Origin: Octopus bimaculoides
Taxonomy: Eukaryota
DNA length: 36,349 bases
Direction of reading: 5' to 3'
Assembly (NCBI RefSeq): GCF_001194135.2
Contig: NC_068989.1
Span: forward strand, 30,452,058 to 30,488,406
A program made the translations under genes and the position numbers. Of the stretch, positions 1-9,210 are shown piece by piece (position 1 is the first letter of the stretch; every line of letters begins with the position of its first letter). Under the pieces are notes generated by a model. That model was not told the DNA's origin. It saw only the letters and a list, made by a program, of their open reading frames with translations, and did no database searches.

Positions 1-321
1 AGGTGCATAGGCTGAGATGACAGTAGCTAATCTATGATGAAGCACTAGTCTGATCTTAAGTACTCTGTCACTTACTCTAACGACCTCGATTACCTTATCC
101 ACCCATTTCTCCGCTAGAAGTATTCCTACGCCCCCTACCCCGTCAGTGTTCCCTGCCCAGAAAATCTTGTACCTGTGTTCTTTGCCGGTGAGGAACCTCG
201 CAGAACCTCCTCTCCATCTTACTTCCTGGATGCAGCACATATCTACACGTCTCCGTTCAAGCATCTCAACAATTTCACCAGATCTACCTTTCAGCGTGCC
301 GACGTTGAGAGTGCCAATCTT
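1..321 (-). mobile_element. RTE-clade LINE, 5' part of ORF (APE endonuclease), continues off the left edge
   Basis: Manual translation of 321->1 is stop-free: KIGTLNVGTLKGRSGEIVEMLERRRVDMCCIQEVRWRGGSARFLTGKEHRYKIFWAGNTDGVGGVGILLAEKWVDKVIEVVRVSDRVLKIRLVLHHRLATVISAYAP. It has the APE motifs TxNV, CxQE, GVG and SAYAP, and closely matches the copy at 19148-19447. Confidence 0.93.
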
Positions 322-363
322 GTTATTTTTATATGTAGCACACGCATACATCCATTTCTGATT
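319..363 (-). CDS. Predicted host exon (NQKWMYACATYKNNK), in frame with the RTE endonuclease ORF
   Basis: Acceptor tgtgttacag| at 365/364, phase 0, no stop and no donor before the RTE sequence begins at about 321-318. Confidence 0.4.
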
Positions 364-625
364 CTGTAACACATGTGTATTGTTAAAATTTGGTAAAATA
401 ATTTCAATACTTGTGATAACATTTTATTTTTTGTATGAAATTAATTTTCCTCTACTGTAAAAGGATATCTTTTTAACTCTTGTAGAAACCACACAAATTC
501 ACAAATTTTGTATTTTTCTGATTAGATAACTGATTATCTATTGATTTGTTCAAATCTCATTACAACTATTATATTGGGCCTAGATAAAAGGGTAAAAGGG
601 ACAGAACCACTTAACTTCAGTCTAC

Positions 626-664
626 CTTGTTGAAAACATGTAGTATTTCTTTACATCTGAATAT
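626..664 (-). CDS. Predicted small host exon (IFRCKEILHVFNK)
   Basis: Acceptor ccactgctactag|, donor AAG|gtagac, 39 nt, phase 0 to 0, open. Confidence 0.45.
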
Positions 665-1105
665 CTAGTAGCAGTGGTATGTATCAAATATTGAAAGAAG
701 TAATAAAATATTGAAACCCTAAATGTTGTAACACTAAAACTTGTCTTGCAGTGTTCATTCTATTATGTTTTCTTGTCACAAGGCATAAATTATTTGATTT
801 GTTTCATTTATCATATAGAGCAACGCTATTTAATGTTTTGGCTGCAACGTTTTTTATGACAATGTATAAATTTTCAGTATCTTTATGTTCCCCAAATATT
901 TTGAACAAAAGAAAAATTTTTATCAAAAAGAAAGGATCAGTCATTACAATAATCACAAAAATAAATCATATTTTGCAGTATCCTTTCATCATTGACTTAT
1001 TTCAAATTATTTTGGATAAAAAAATTACATCATGAATAATTTTAATATTTATACAATGAAATCAAAAGAGTAGAACACCTTATTCTATAAGTTGTAAAAC
1101 CTCAC

Positions 1106-1137
1106 TAGTTCATCAGAGTTTATTTTATCTTTTGCCC
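1106..1137 (-). CDS. Predicted small host exon (RAKDKINSDEL)
   Basis: Acceptor ttattttaccttcttcaag|, donor CTA|gtgagg, 32 nt, phase 1 to 0; only continues correctly from the 1263-1302 exon. Confidence 0.5.
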
Positions 1138-1262
1138 CTTGAAGAAGGTAAAATAAGTACTAGCAGTATATTGGATTTGATTCAGTCACCTATTCTTTTA
1201 TTCAACCATTTGTATGAAATTAAAAATTAATTCCTATTAATCATACATTTAAAAGTTCATAC

Positions 1263-1302
1263 TGTGCACTTGAATCTTGAAGCAAAGTAGCTCAAGTTTA
1301 TC
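1263..1302 (-). CDS. Predicted small host exon (DKLELLCFKIQVH)
   Basis: Acceptor aatctgttttctag|, donor CA|gtatga, 40 nt, phase 0 to 1. Confidence 0.5.
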
Positions 1303-1733
1303 CTAGAAAACAGATTCTATTTTCATGGTGGAGTAGTTAGCAGTAGGCTGGGCATCAACCCATTATAAGATTGATAAAAAAAAATATGCAGTATGAAAAT
1401 GTGCTGATTTGCATGTGGATAAAAATTAAAAACTTTATCCACACTGACATAGAAAAATGGATAAAAATCAATTGTAACTATAAATTTCGTATATAACATT
1501 TTGTAACTTCTTGATCTATATCAATAATGATTTGTAATATTGGTATTTTCAGGGAAAGGACAAAGTTAACTAAATTGACTCTTGCACATAACTTTTAGAT
1601 TAAGAAAGACAAAGACAACAATAACAACATTTGATGTAACTAAATATGGAAATGATAAATGTTTCAACATAATTCATAGGGTAGTATATGTACATGATCG
1701 AATCATGTATGAACATAGAGGTTTAACCAGAGA

Positions 1734-1748
1734 TCATGTGGTTAACTT
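1734..1748 (-). CDS. Possible alternative stop-containing exon start (KLTT*)
   Basis: Consensus branch point TACTAAC (1759-1753) directly before ttag| (1750/1749); 77-nt intron from the 1826 donor; TGA at 1736-1734. Confidence 0.35.
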   Translation of the reverse strand, partial: KLTT

Positions 1749-1825
1749 CTAAGTTAGTAAGAAAGTAATCAATAATATATTCAGTTGAACTAGCCTACCT
1801 CTTCATATCATGTAGTTTTTGTTAC

Positions 1826-1859
1826 CTTCATTGTAAATGTTATTTCACCATATGGAATC
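1826..1859 (-). CDS. Predicted small host exon (KIPYGEITFTMK)
   Basis: Acceptor aaattctag| after a 65-nt intron with branch-like gctaac; donor AAG|gtaaca; 34 nt, phase 2 to 0. Confidence 0.55.
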
Positions 1860-1924
1860 CTAGAATTTATAAATCAAGTTAGCTCATTGTTACTGTACAT
1901 TTTTTTTTTCACTGACTACCTCAC

Positions 1925-1973
1925 TTATATAATTTATCAAAGATAAACCTACTTGTCAAAAAAATCACTGCTA
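1925..1973 (-). CDS. Predicted small host exon (IAVIFLTSRFIFDKLY)
   Basis: Acceptor ctacctaccttttcag|, donor AA|gtgagg, 49 nt; only the phase-1 frame is open, matching the upstream exon. Confidence 0.55.
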
Positions 1974-2272
1974 CTGAAAAGGTAGGTAGATATGCAGTTA
2001 AGTGTTTTCCTTTTTTGCTATTGGTTAACAACTTCATGTTGGACAGAATACAAGTTGACAAGTGTGAGAAGACTAGACCAGAAACTGAAGAAATTATTTG
2101 GTTCAACTCCTTTTCTTTCTATCTCTCTCTTTCTCTCTCTCATTCACAAATACAACAAAAAACACTAAATGAATTAAAAAATAAAAACAAGAACCTTGAC
2201 CAGCAAATGCAAACTAAAACAATTAAAAACAAAATATACATACACAATTTCTCAATAGATAATTTTTTTTAC

Positions 2273-2324
2273 TTGTTAGAAAAGTCCGGTGTTGTAGAGG
2301 AGGAAAAATAAAGCTCTTGTCTTT
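2273..2324 (-). CDS. Predicted small host exon (KDKSFIFPPLQHRTFLT)
   Basis: Acceptor tatatacctttcag|, donor AA|gtaaaa, 52 nt, phase 0 to 1. Confidence 0.5.
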
Positions 2325-2803
2325 CTGAAAGGTATATATAATGTAAAACAAAACAGCTTCAACTTCGAATCAAAATTACTTTGCAGATCTAACTTATTAT
2401 ATACCTCTTATGATATAATACCATACAGTTAAAAAAAAAAAAGAAACGAAAAATTGATGGCAGGTAAAATTTTGAAGCAGGTTTCTGAGAAACCAACTTT
2501 CATGTCAAAGTTCATTATTCAAATTTTAATGACCCAAACAATAAAACCAATCAAACTTCTCTAAAATTAGGCATAACATTAATAGATAACTGGTTAAATG
2601 TTTACTTAATCACAATATCTTTTAATGAAAGATAATTATAAAGTATCATCACCACAGTAATTATCATATGATTTGACACAACTGGTCAGAAACTCAACTT
2701 GAAGCTTTATAGAAAATACTGATATCATAATAACTGGTACCCTAAAACGCTATTTTCAACTAGGTCTGTTTTTTTTATCTATCTATATCTATAAAAGAGA
2801 GTT

Positions 2804-2808
<5 letters not shown>

Positions 2809-2851
<43 letters not shown>

Positions 2852-3254
2852 NNNNNNNNNNNNNNNNNNNNNNNNNNNNNNNNNNNNNNNNNNNNNNNNN
2901 NNNNNNNNNNNNNNNNNNNNNNNNNNNNNNNNNNNNNNNNNNNNNNNNNNNNNNNNNNNNNNNNNNNNNNNNNNNNNNNNNNNNNNNNNNNNNNNNNNNN
3001 NNNNNNNNNNNNNNNNNNNNNNNNNNNNNNNNNNNNNNNNNNNNNNNNNNNNNNNNNNNNNNNNNNNNNNNNNNNNNNNNNNNNNNNNNNNNNNNNNNNN
3101 NNNNNNNNNNNNNNNNNNNNNNNNNNNNNNNNNNNNNNNNNNNNNNNNNNNNNNNNNNNNNNNNNNNNNNNNNNNNNNNNNNNNNNNNNNNNNNNNNNNN
3201 NNNNNNNNNNNNNNNNNNNNNNNNNNNNNNNNNNNNNNNNNNNNNNNNNNNNNN

Positions 3255-3304
<50 letters not shown>
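2809..3304. repeat. (GT)n and (AC)n microsatellites flanking an assembly gap (N 2852-3254)
   Basis: Directly visible. Confidence 0.97.
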
Positions 3305-3306
<2 letters not shown>

Positions 3307-3699
3307 CTAAAGACACAGACAGACACACACAGGGATAGAGATAAGCTTGAGGTGTGCGTTAATGTATGTTTGTGCATGTGTCTTAGCATATGTATGTGAC
3401 TTTAATCCCCTCCCCATCCATCCATCCACCCAACAGTGAAACGTGCTGATACTGAAAGCTACAATGACCAGGTTTCATTAGAAAGTGAAAATAGTTTTAC
3501 ACTTTCAATTTGAACCAAAATTACAGTGTTCGATTACGAGACAGACGATGTGTGAATAACGAAAGTAATGTTTCTCCGAATTAGTCACATCTGTATTATA
3601 ATAAAGAAAGTTGCTTAGGTGATCTTTCACTTTGACTTGCAGAGTTGTCATTCGTTAATTTCCGTAAAAAGATTTTATTCATTTACTTTTGTCTTAAAG

Positions 3700-4500
3700 T
3701 GAAAGAGACCTCCACACCCATAGCATGGATTAGGTCTTGATCTTCGTTTTTCTTTTTCTTTATTTGTTACAGGTTGACATGCATGTATGTAAGAGTAATC
3801 CTTTTCTTTGATTTTNNNNNNNNNNNNNNNNNNNNNNNNNNNNNNNNNNNNNNNNNNNNNNNNNNNNNNNNNNNNNNNNNNNNNNNNNNNNNNNNNNNNN
3901 NNNNNNNNNNNNNNNNNNNNNNNNNNNNNNNNNNNNNNNNNNNNNNNNNNNNNNNNNNNNNNNNNNNNNNNNNNNNNNNNNNNNNNNNNNNNNNNNNNNN
4001 NNNNNNNNNNNNNNNNNNNNNNNNNNNNNNNNTTGACATTTGAACATGTCTGGTGTTTAATTCTTTTAGTTTGAATTTTTCACCTTCTCGATTGACGACC
4101 CCAGTAGAGGTGATAAAATCTTCATCATCTCTTTTTACTAAATTCAAACATTCCCAGTGAATATTGAACAGGGAGCTTCTTTCATTGAAAATTTTCGATA
4201 ACAATTTAATTGTTTCATTGAAACAAATTTCGCATGCTTTTTTCAGCAGAATGTAGTTAGAGTATTTTTCATGTGTAGCAGGGGATAAAGTTCTTAAAAG
4301 TAATCGTACTTTTTCATTGTCCATCCAATTTTTGCATTCCTCTTTGAAGATTTCTTCATATCTTCAAAAATATGCAGAAAATGTAATACCTTCTTCTGGA
4401 TTATAGCTAAATTCTGAAATTACATTTGCTACACTGTCTGGCGAGAACAAACCTGAAGTACTTTTGGACTTCAACATAACTTCCAGCAACTGTTGATATT
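3700..4500 (-). mobile_element. Ty3/Gypsy (K02A2.6-like) gag remnant, with gap N 3816-4032
   Basis: ORF 3767-4324 (KYSNYILLKK...ETIKLLSKIFNERSSLFNIHWECLNLVKRDDEDF...VNREGEKFKL), upstream YNPEEGITFSAY, and a downstream zinc-knuckle start PCYGCGG. Homologous to gag at 26014-26400 and 34720-35648. Confidence 0.88.
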
Positions 4501-4504
4501 GCTG

Positions 4505-5405
4505 CACCTCTTATGTATCCATAGCTTACACTGGGTACATCTTATAGAGTTTCTACCTATGCCTTTTTCTACAGATAATGCAGGGTCATCTACCTGAAGG
4601 GGTTTGTGTTTTGTCTACTTCCTACTTATTAAGACTTTGGTTTTAGCTAGGTTGACTCTAAGGCCCTTCGATTCTAGTCCTTGCTTCCACACCTGAAACT
4701 TCTCTAGTTCTGATAGTGACTCAGCAATTAGGACAAGGTCATCAGCATAGAGGAACTCCCAGGGGCATCCTGTCTTGAATTCCTGTGGACTGGAGGACTA
4801 TGATAAATAGGAGGGGGTTGAGGACTGAACCTTGGTGGACCCCTACCTCTACTCGGAATTCTTCACTGTACTCGTTGCCAACCCTCACCTTAATGACAGC
4901 GTCCCTGTACATGGCTTGCACAGCTCTCACTAACCACTCATCTATCCCTAGTTTCCTCATTGACCACCAGATAAGGGAGCAGGGGACCCTGTCAAAGGCT
5001 TCCATGTCAACAAAAGCCTGGTACAGAGGTTTATCTTTGGCTAGGTATTTCTCCTGCAGCTGTTTTACAAGAAATATAGCATCAGTGGTGCTTTTCCCTG
5101 GCACAAAACCAAACTGTATCTCATCTAAACTGACTCTCTCTTTAATTTAGTTTGGCTATGACCCTCTCCATGACTTTCATTACCTGATCCAGCAACTTGA
5201 TACCTCTGTAATTATTTGTATCTAAAGCGTCACCTTTACCTTTATAGCAGTTGACTATGGTGCTGCTACACCAGTCATTGGTTATGTCTCCTTCGTGTAT
5301 CCCCTGGTTAACTATACAGGTGACTAGGCTATAGCCAACACTGCCAGATATTTTGATCATCTCTGCAGTGGTGGATAATTACTGGCCAATCTCCTGCCTA
5401 CTCTT
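4505..5405 (-). mobile_element. RTE LINE internal reverse-transcriptase fragment
   Basis: ORFs 5142-5360 (NYRGIKLLDQVMKV) and 4742-5104 (FVDMEAFDRVP, VGVHQGSVLNPLLF); PWEFLYADDLVLIAE at about 4730-4770. No 3' tail seen. Confidence 0.93.
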
Positions 5406-5409
5406 AACA

Positions 5410-5630
5410 TGGAAGTTGATGACAAGAATAATATCTAATTGTGTATGACTTCCTTGAAATGAATGACAAGCTGCCAGTGGAACAGCAGGGATACAGGAGG
5501 AAAAGTCAAGGGACAAAAGATTAACTTCTGACAGATAAAATGGACAGTTGTAAGAAATGATATACTAATCTGGGTATGATGTGGATCGATTTAAAAGGTT
5601 CTACTCTGGACGATGTACCACAGCTTCACA
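5410..5630 (+). mobile_element. R4/Dong-clade LINE RT N-terminal fragment
   Basis: Frameshifted LPVEQQGYRRKSQGTKD...NLGMMWIDLK...DDVP, resembling the EQKG...GTKDQL and MAWIDYKKAYD motifs. Confidence 0.6.
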
Positions 5631-5724
5631 ACATTTAACCATTCATGTACATTACTTATGTTATATTAATAATGTTTATATCATCTAACATACTTCAAAC
5701 AAAAATTCTATTAATAATAGAATA

Positions 5725-5944
5725 ATTATGATGGTTCCAAATTTTAGCACTAGGCAATTTTAAGGGTAGAGGTAAGCCTATTACATTGATCTCAGTATTC
5801 AACTAGTACTTATTTTATTGATTCCAGAAGCATGAACAGCAAAGTTAACTTTAGTGGTATTTGAACTTAGAATGTAAAGAGCTGGAATAAATGCTACTAA
5901 GTATTTTGTCCAACTCCCTAATGATTCTACAGGTTCACTATCTT
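5725..5944 (-). mobile_element. Degenerate tRNA-derived SINE (family A)
   Basis: Reverse complement aligns to the 27681 and 27924 SINE copies (B-box region, aataagtac core, tail). Confidence 0.7.
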
Positions 5945-5946
5945 CA

Positions 5947-6174
5947 ATAATAATAATAATCCTTTATTACAATGGGCACAAGGCCTGAAATTTGTGGGAC
6001 GGGGTAAGTCAATCACATTGATTTCAGTACATGACTTGTACTTATTTTTTTGGCCCCAAAAGGATAAAAGGCAAAGTTGACCACAGTGGAATTTGAACTA
6101 AGAATATAAAGACAGACGAAATGCTGATAAGCATTTTGCCTGGCATGCTAACGATTCTACCAGTTCACTCCCTT
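5947..6174 (-). mobile_element. tRNA-derived SINE (family A) with (TTA)n tail
   Basis: Matches 27924-28145 throughout (ggcacaaggcctgaaattt tail, gcaaagttgacc core, cagacgaaatgc, gctaacgattct head). Confidence 0.85.
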
Positions 6175-6214
6175 TTTAGCAATAATAATAAAAGTGACAA
6201 TAATAGTAATAATA

Positions 6215-7105
6215 AAAACCATGAGAGATGTAAGAAGCTTCATTCTGTCATGAAGGAGAGCAAAAAAATTTACTTGCGAGTTTGTGCATAATATCCAGGT
6301 TGAACAGCATGATGGAAGTGCAGTAACTGTTGTTGCAAAGAAGGTGAAATCGATGATAAAGCAAAAAGAATTTGAACAACTGACAGATAGGTGGGAACAA
6401 AAACCTCTGCATGGCAAATATGTGGCTTGAAGCAAACAAGCTGATGTAGACCAGAAACACATCCATCAGTGGCTATGGAGCTCAGGGTTAAAAGCAGAGA
6501 GCGAAGGCTTTATTTTAGTTGCTCAAGACCAGACCTTATTGACCTGGAACTACCAAACCAATATGATGAAAAATGGAGTAGACCCAAAGTGCCAATATGG
6601 CAACGACGAGATTGAAATGGTAGAGTATAAATTTAGACTTGACAGATTTGGCCAATATCTATACTCGATAATATGTCAGCATTATAAAATCAAAACTGCT
6701 GACAAATGGTACAAACACCATCCTGAGGCTGTAACTGAGTGAGAAAATGTAACAATTTTTTGGGACTTTCCAGTACATACAGACCGGACCATCAAAGCTA
6801 ATAAACTAGATATTGTTGTGAAAGACCAAAACAATAAAATTTGTTTATTGATTGGCATGAGCATACCTTGTGATCATAATATTTCGGCAAAAGAATTTGA
6901 TAAGCTCAGAAAATATAAAAATTTGCTGATTGAAATTGAAAAAATGTGGTATCTCAAGATGGTTACGATATCAGTGATTGTAGGAGCACTTGATATGATC
7001 AAAAAAGGAACTGAAAACTATTTAAGTATGATCCCTGGCTTACCATCTATGCAGGAAGTACAAAAAATAGTCTTAACTGATACGTCACACGTATTGAGAT
7101 GAGAA
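6215..7105 (+). mobile_element. R4/Dong-clade LINE 3' part (zinc knuckle plus restriction-like endonuclease), decayed
   Basis: GLKAESEGFILVAQDQ, IFWDFPVHTDRTIKANKLDIVVKD, and ORF 6818-7102 (KEFDKLRKYKNL...VIVGALDMIKKG). Starts directly after a degenerate (TAA)n tract. Confidence 0.9.
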
Positions 7106-7299
7106 GAACATTGTCACTGTATATTTTCTCTTGGGAGATGTGCTTCCAGATTAACCATAAGACAAGCAATTCGGTGTACCGTTGTAGTTTCCCTTTTTCT
7201 TTTGTAAGACATTTTTGTGTTACATTAAAATTATTAGTATTGAGCCCTGTGATACAGATGTAGAGACAGTTATTATCTCTGCCACTACTGTCAACTCCA

Positions 7300-7935
7300 C
7301 CATTATTACTGTTACAATTACTTCAACCTTATCATTACAACAGCAGTGGAAATGTCTTGCAAAACCACCACAATTGGACTGGCCAAATATCTTGAAACAT
7401 CTAACGCCTGGATGCTAAAACTCATTGAAAACCATGAGAAACATAAGAAGCTTCATTCTGTGATGAAGGAGAACAAAAAATTTGCTAGTGAGTTCATGTA
7501 TAATACTCAGGTTGGAAGTGTAGCATCTCAAAACGGTTACAACACCAGTGGATGTAGGAGCACTTGAAATGATCAAAAAGGGAACTGAAAGTTATTTAAG
7601 TATGATCCCTGGCTTACCATCCATGCTGGAAGTGCAAAAAAGATTGTCTTAACCAGTACATCAAATGTATTGAAAAGAGCATTGTCGCTGTGAATTTTCT
7701 TTCCTTTTCCCCTTTTATTTTCTGGGGTTTTTTTTCCATTCTTTCCTTCTTCCCTTTTTCTTTCTATTTTATTTCTTCCCCTTTTTTTCTATCACATGGC
7801 TTTGTAAATGAACAATCAGGTGTGCTTAATTTAATAGCCTACCAATGTATACAGTGAGTTTCTTTGCCCTAAGTGTTGGGAAGACACTCGGCAAGAAATG
7901 GAAACAAAATTGAATGAAGATAATGATGATAATAA
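7300..7935 (+). mobile_element. Internally deleted second copy of the same R4/Dong family, with 3' UTR and (TAA/GAT)n tail
   Basis: 7420-7490 matches 6217-6300 and 7525-7690 matches 6955-7110; the intervening sequence of roughly 650 bp is missing. Confidence 0.8.
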
Positions 7936-7936
7936 T

Positions 7937-9060
7937 GCCCTGATACAGTACCAGCAATGGCTCTCATGGTTTCTGATGTTAACTGACTGAAAATGTTATC
8001 ATGTACATATTTTGTCTTGGTATAAAAGATGGGCTACAGCAAAAATTCTGCTCAATACCACAAATTCACTTGTTAGTTTTTTTTACCTTAACCAGTTGAG
8101 TATGTCCCTCAGTGGCTAATGATACTTGCATCTCTGATCATGAGCAGAAGTAGTGGGGTAGCATCATAGCCATATGTCGAGAGGAATTCTTTGGCGTTTT
8201 AATATTTCACCTCAGGAAACATGGATATTTCGTTCAACATCCTTATTCAGGAGTCTGTTGAGTGGGATGGGCTACTCAATCTGAAGAAAATTTTAACTAG
8301 GCTCCACCTGCAAGGTCATGCACTATTTATTTTGATATGAGATCATCATGTTCTGCACATATCGTTTTGATGCATATGCTTGATGTATCCTTGTAGCAAG
8401 ACAAGAATGATCTATTACGTATGAATAATAAGGCAGTGATCTGCCTGAGCTAAAAGGAATTCACTACAGCAGAGAAGCGGCAGTTTCAAACCAGTTGCTG
8501 AAAAGACTGCCTAGAAACAACATCTCTTCCTTTGACATGCCACAATTATTTGTGTCCATCACTAACTGTGTGCAACTCACGTGAATGATATCAACTACCA
8601 TTCTGCTTCAAAACGAGCAGTACATTCTTGTTCTTTTATTAGCTCACAATGGCTTCCACATAACCCTTCTGTGTATGAAGTAAGTCATGAGGTTTTTCCT
8701 GTCTTACATACATGTGTATTTTGTTCACATACACATGAAGATTAATCATAATTACTACTTGCCAGCACTTGTTTTATTTAAATAAAGTTTACACTCTTTC
8801 AATGTAAATGAACTGTCTTCTGAACATTCTTTATTCACCTTTATTAAAAAGGACATTGAAATGGATTCTCTCACGGATACTCTTCATACATTAAATCATA
8901 GAACACTCACTCTAAATTAGTAACTACACACACCATGTTACAATCGAACCCACATTACTTATCAGATGGATAATCATGATAGGTATATTGGGCTTTGTAT
9001 ATTTGTACCCCAGTGTCACTTTGATGGCACGAATAGCTCTCTCATTTAATAATAATAATA
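7937..9060 (+). mobile_element. Probable retroposon 3' region with (TAA)n tail, apparently split by an unclassified insert of about 565 bp (about 8393-8957)
   Basis: Higher-GC non-coding block ending in ...gctctctcatttaataataata. The family assignment and the joining of the two parts rest on recollection of a common octopus repeat only. Confidence 0.4.
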
Positions 9061-9112
9061 CAGTAGAACCTCGCAGTACAAGTGCACTATTGTATGAGTA
9101 ATTTGCTGTACT
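9059..9112 (+). mobile_element. Isolated Tigger/pogo-like terminal fragment
   Basis: TA|CAGTAGAACCTCG resembles pogo-family TIR starts; no partner TIR found. Confidence 0.3.
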
Positions 9113-9114
9113 AG

Positions 9115-9208
9115 CCAAGACTTACAGTCGATTCGTTCGACTAAAAGCAGTGCTCCAGCATGGCCACAGTCAAATGACTGAAACAAGTAAAAGAATAAAA
9201 GAATAGTA
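9115..9208 (+). mobile_element. 3' end of a SINE (gtcga-ttcgt-tcgac hairpin, (AAAAGAAT)n tail)
   Basis: Short hairpin, then ccagcatggccacagtcaaatgactgaaacaag, then a simple-repeat tail typical of SINE/LINE 3' ends. Confidence 0.65.
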
Positions 9209-9210
9209 TA

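Noticed and set aside
751-1035. 94-aa hydrophobic ORF
   Set aside because: Low-complexity AT-rich translation (F/I/K/L bias), non-ATG start and no motifs.
1085-1185. Apparent degenerate SINE core
   Set aside because: Similarity is weak; better explained by the 1106-1137 exon and its acceptor.
1599-1752. Plus-strand 50-codon frame after an acceptor (LRKTKTTITTFDVTKYGNDKCFNIIHRVVYVHDRIMYEHRGLTRDHVVNF*)
   Set aside because: Looks protein-like, but I found no compatible upstream plus-strand exon, and the minus strand gives a consistent exon chain. Not fully excluded.
2280-2331. Plus-strand AG...GT exon candidate
   Set aside because: Stops in all three frames.
2775-3399. Long ORFs across (GT)n/(AC)n and N gaps (also 12169-12741 and 19441-20116)
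   Set aside because: Artefacts of dinucleotide repeats and unknown bases.
3420-3700. Possible LTR next to the gag remnant
   Set aside because: No clear TG...CA ends, PPT or second copy.
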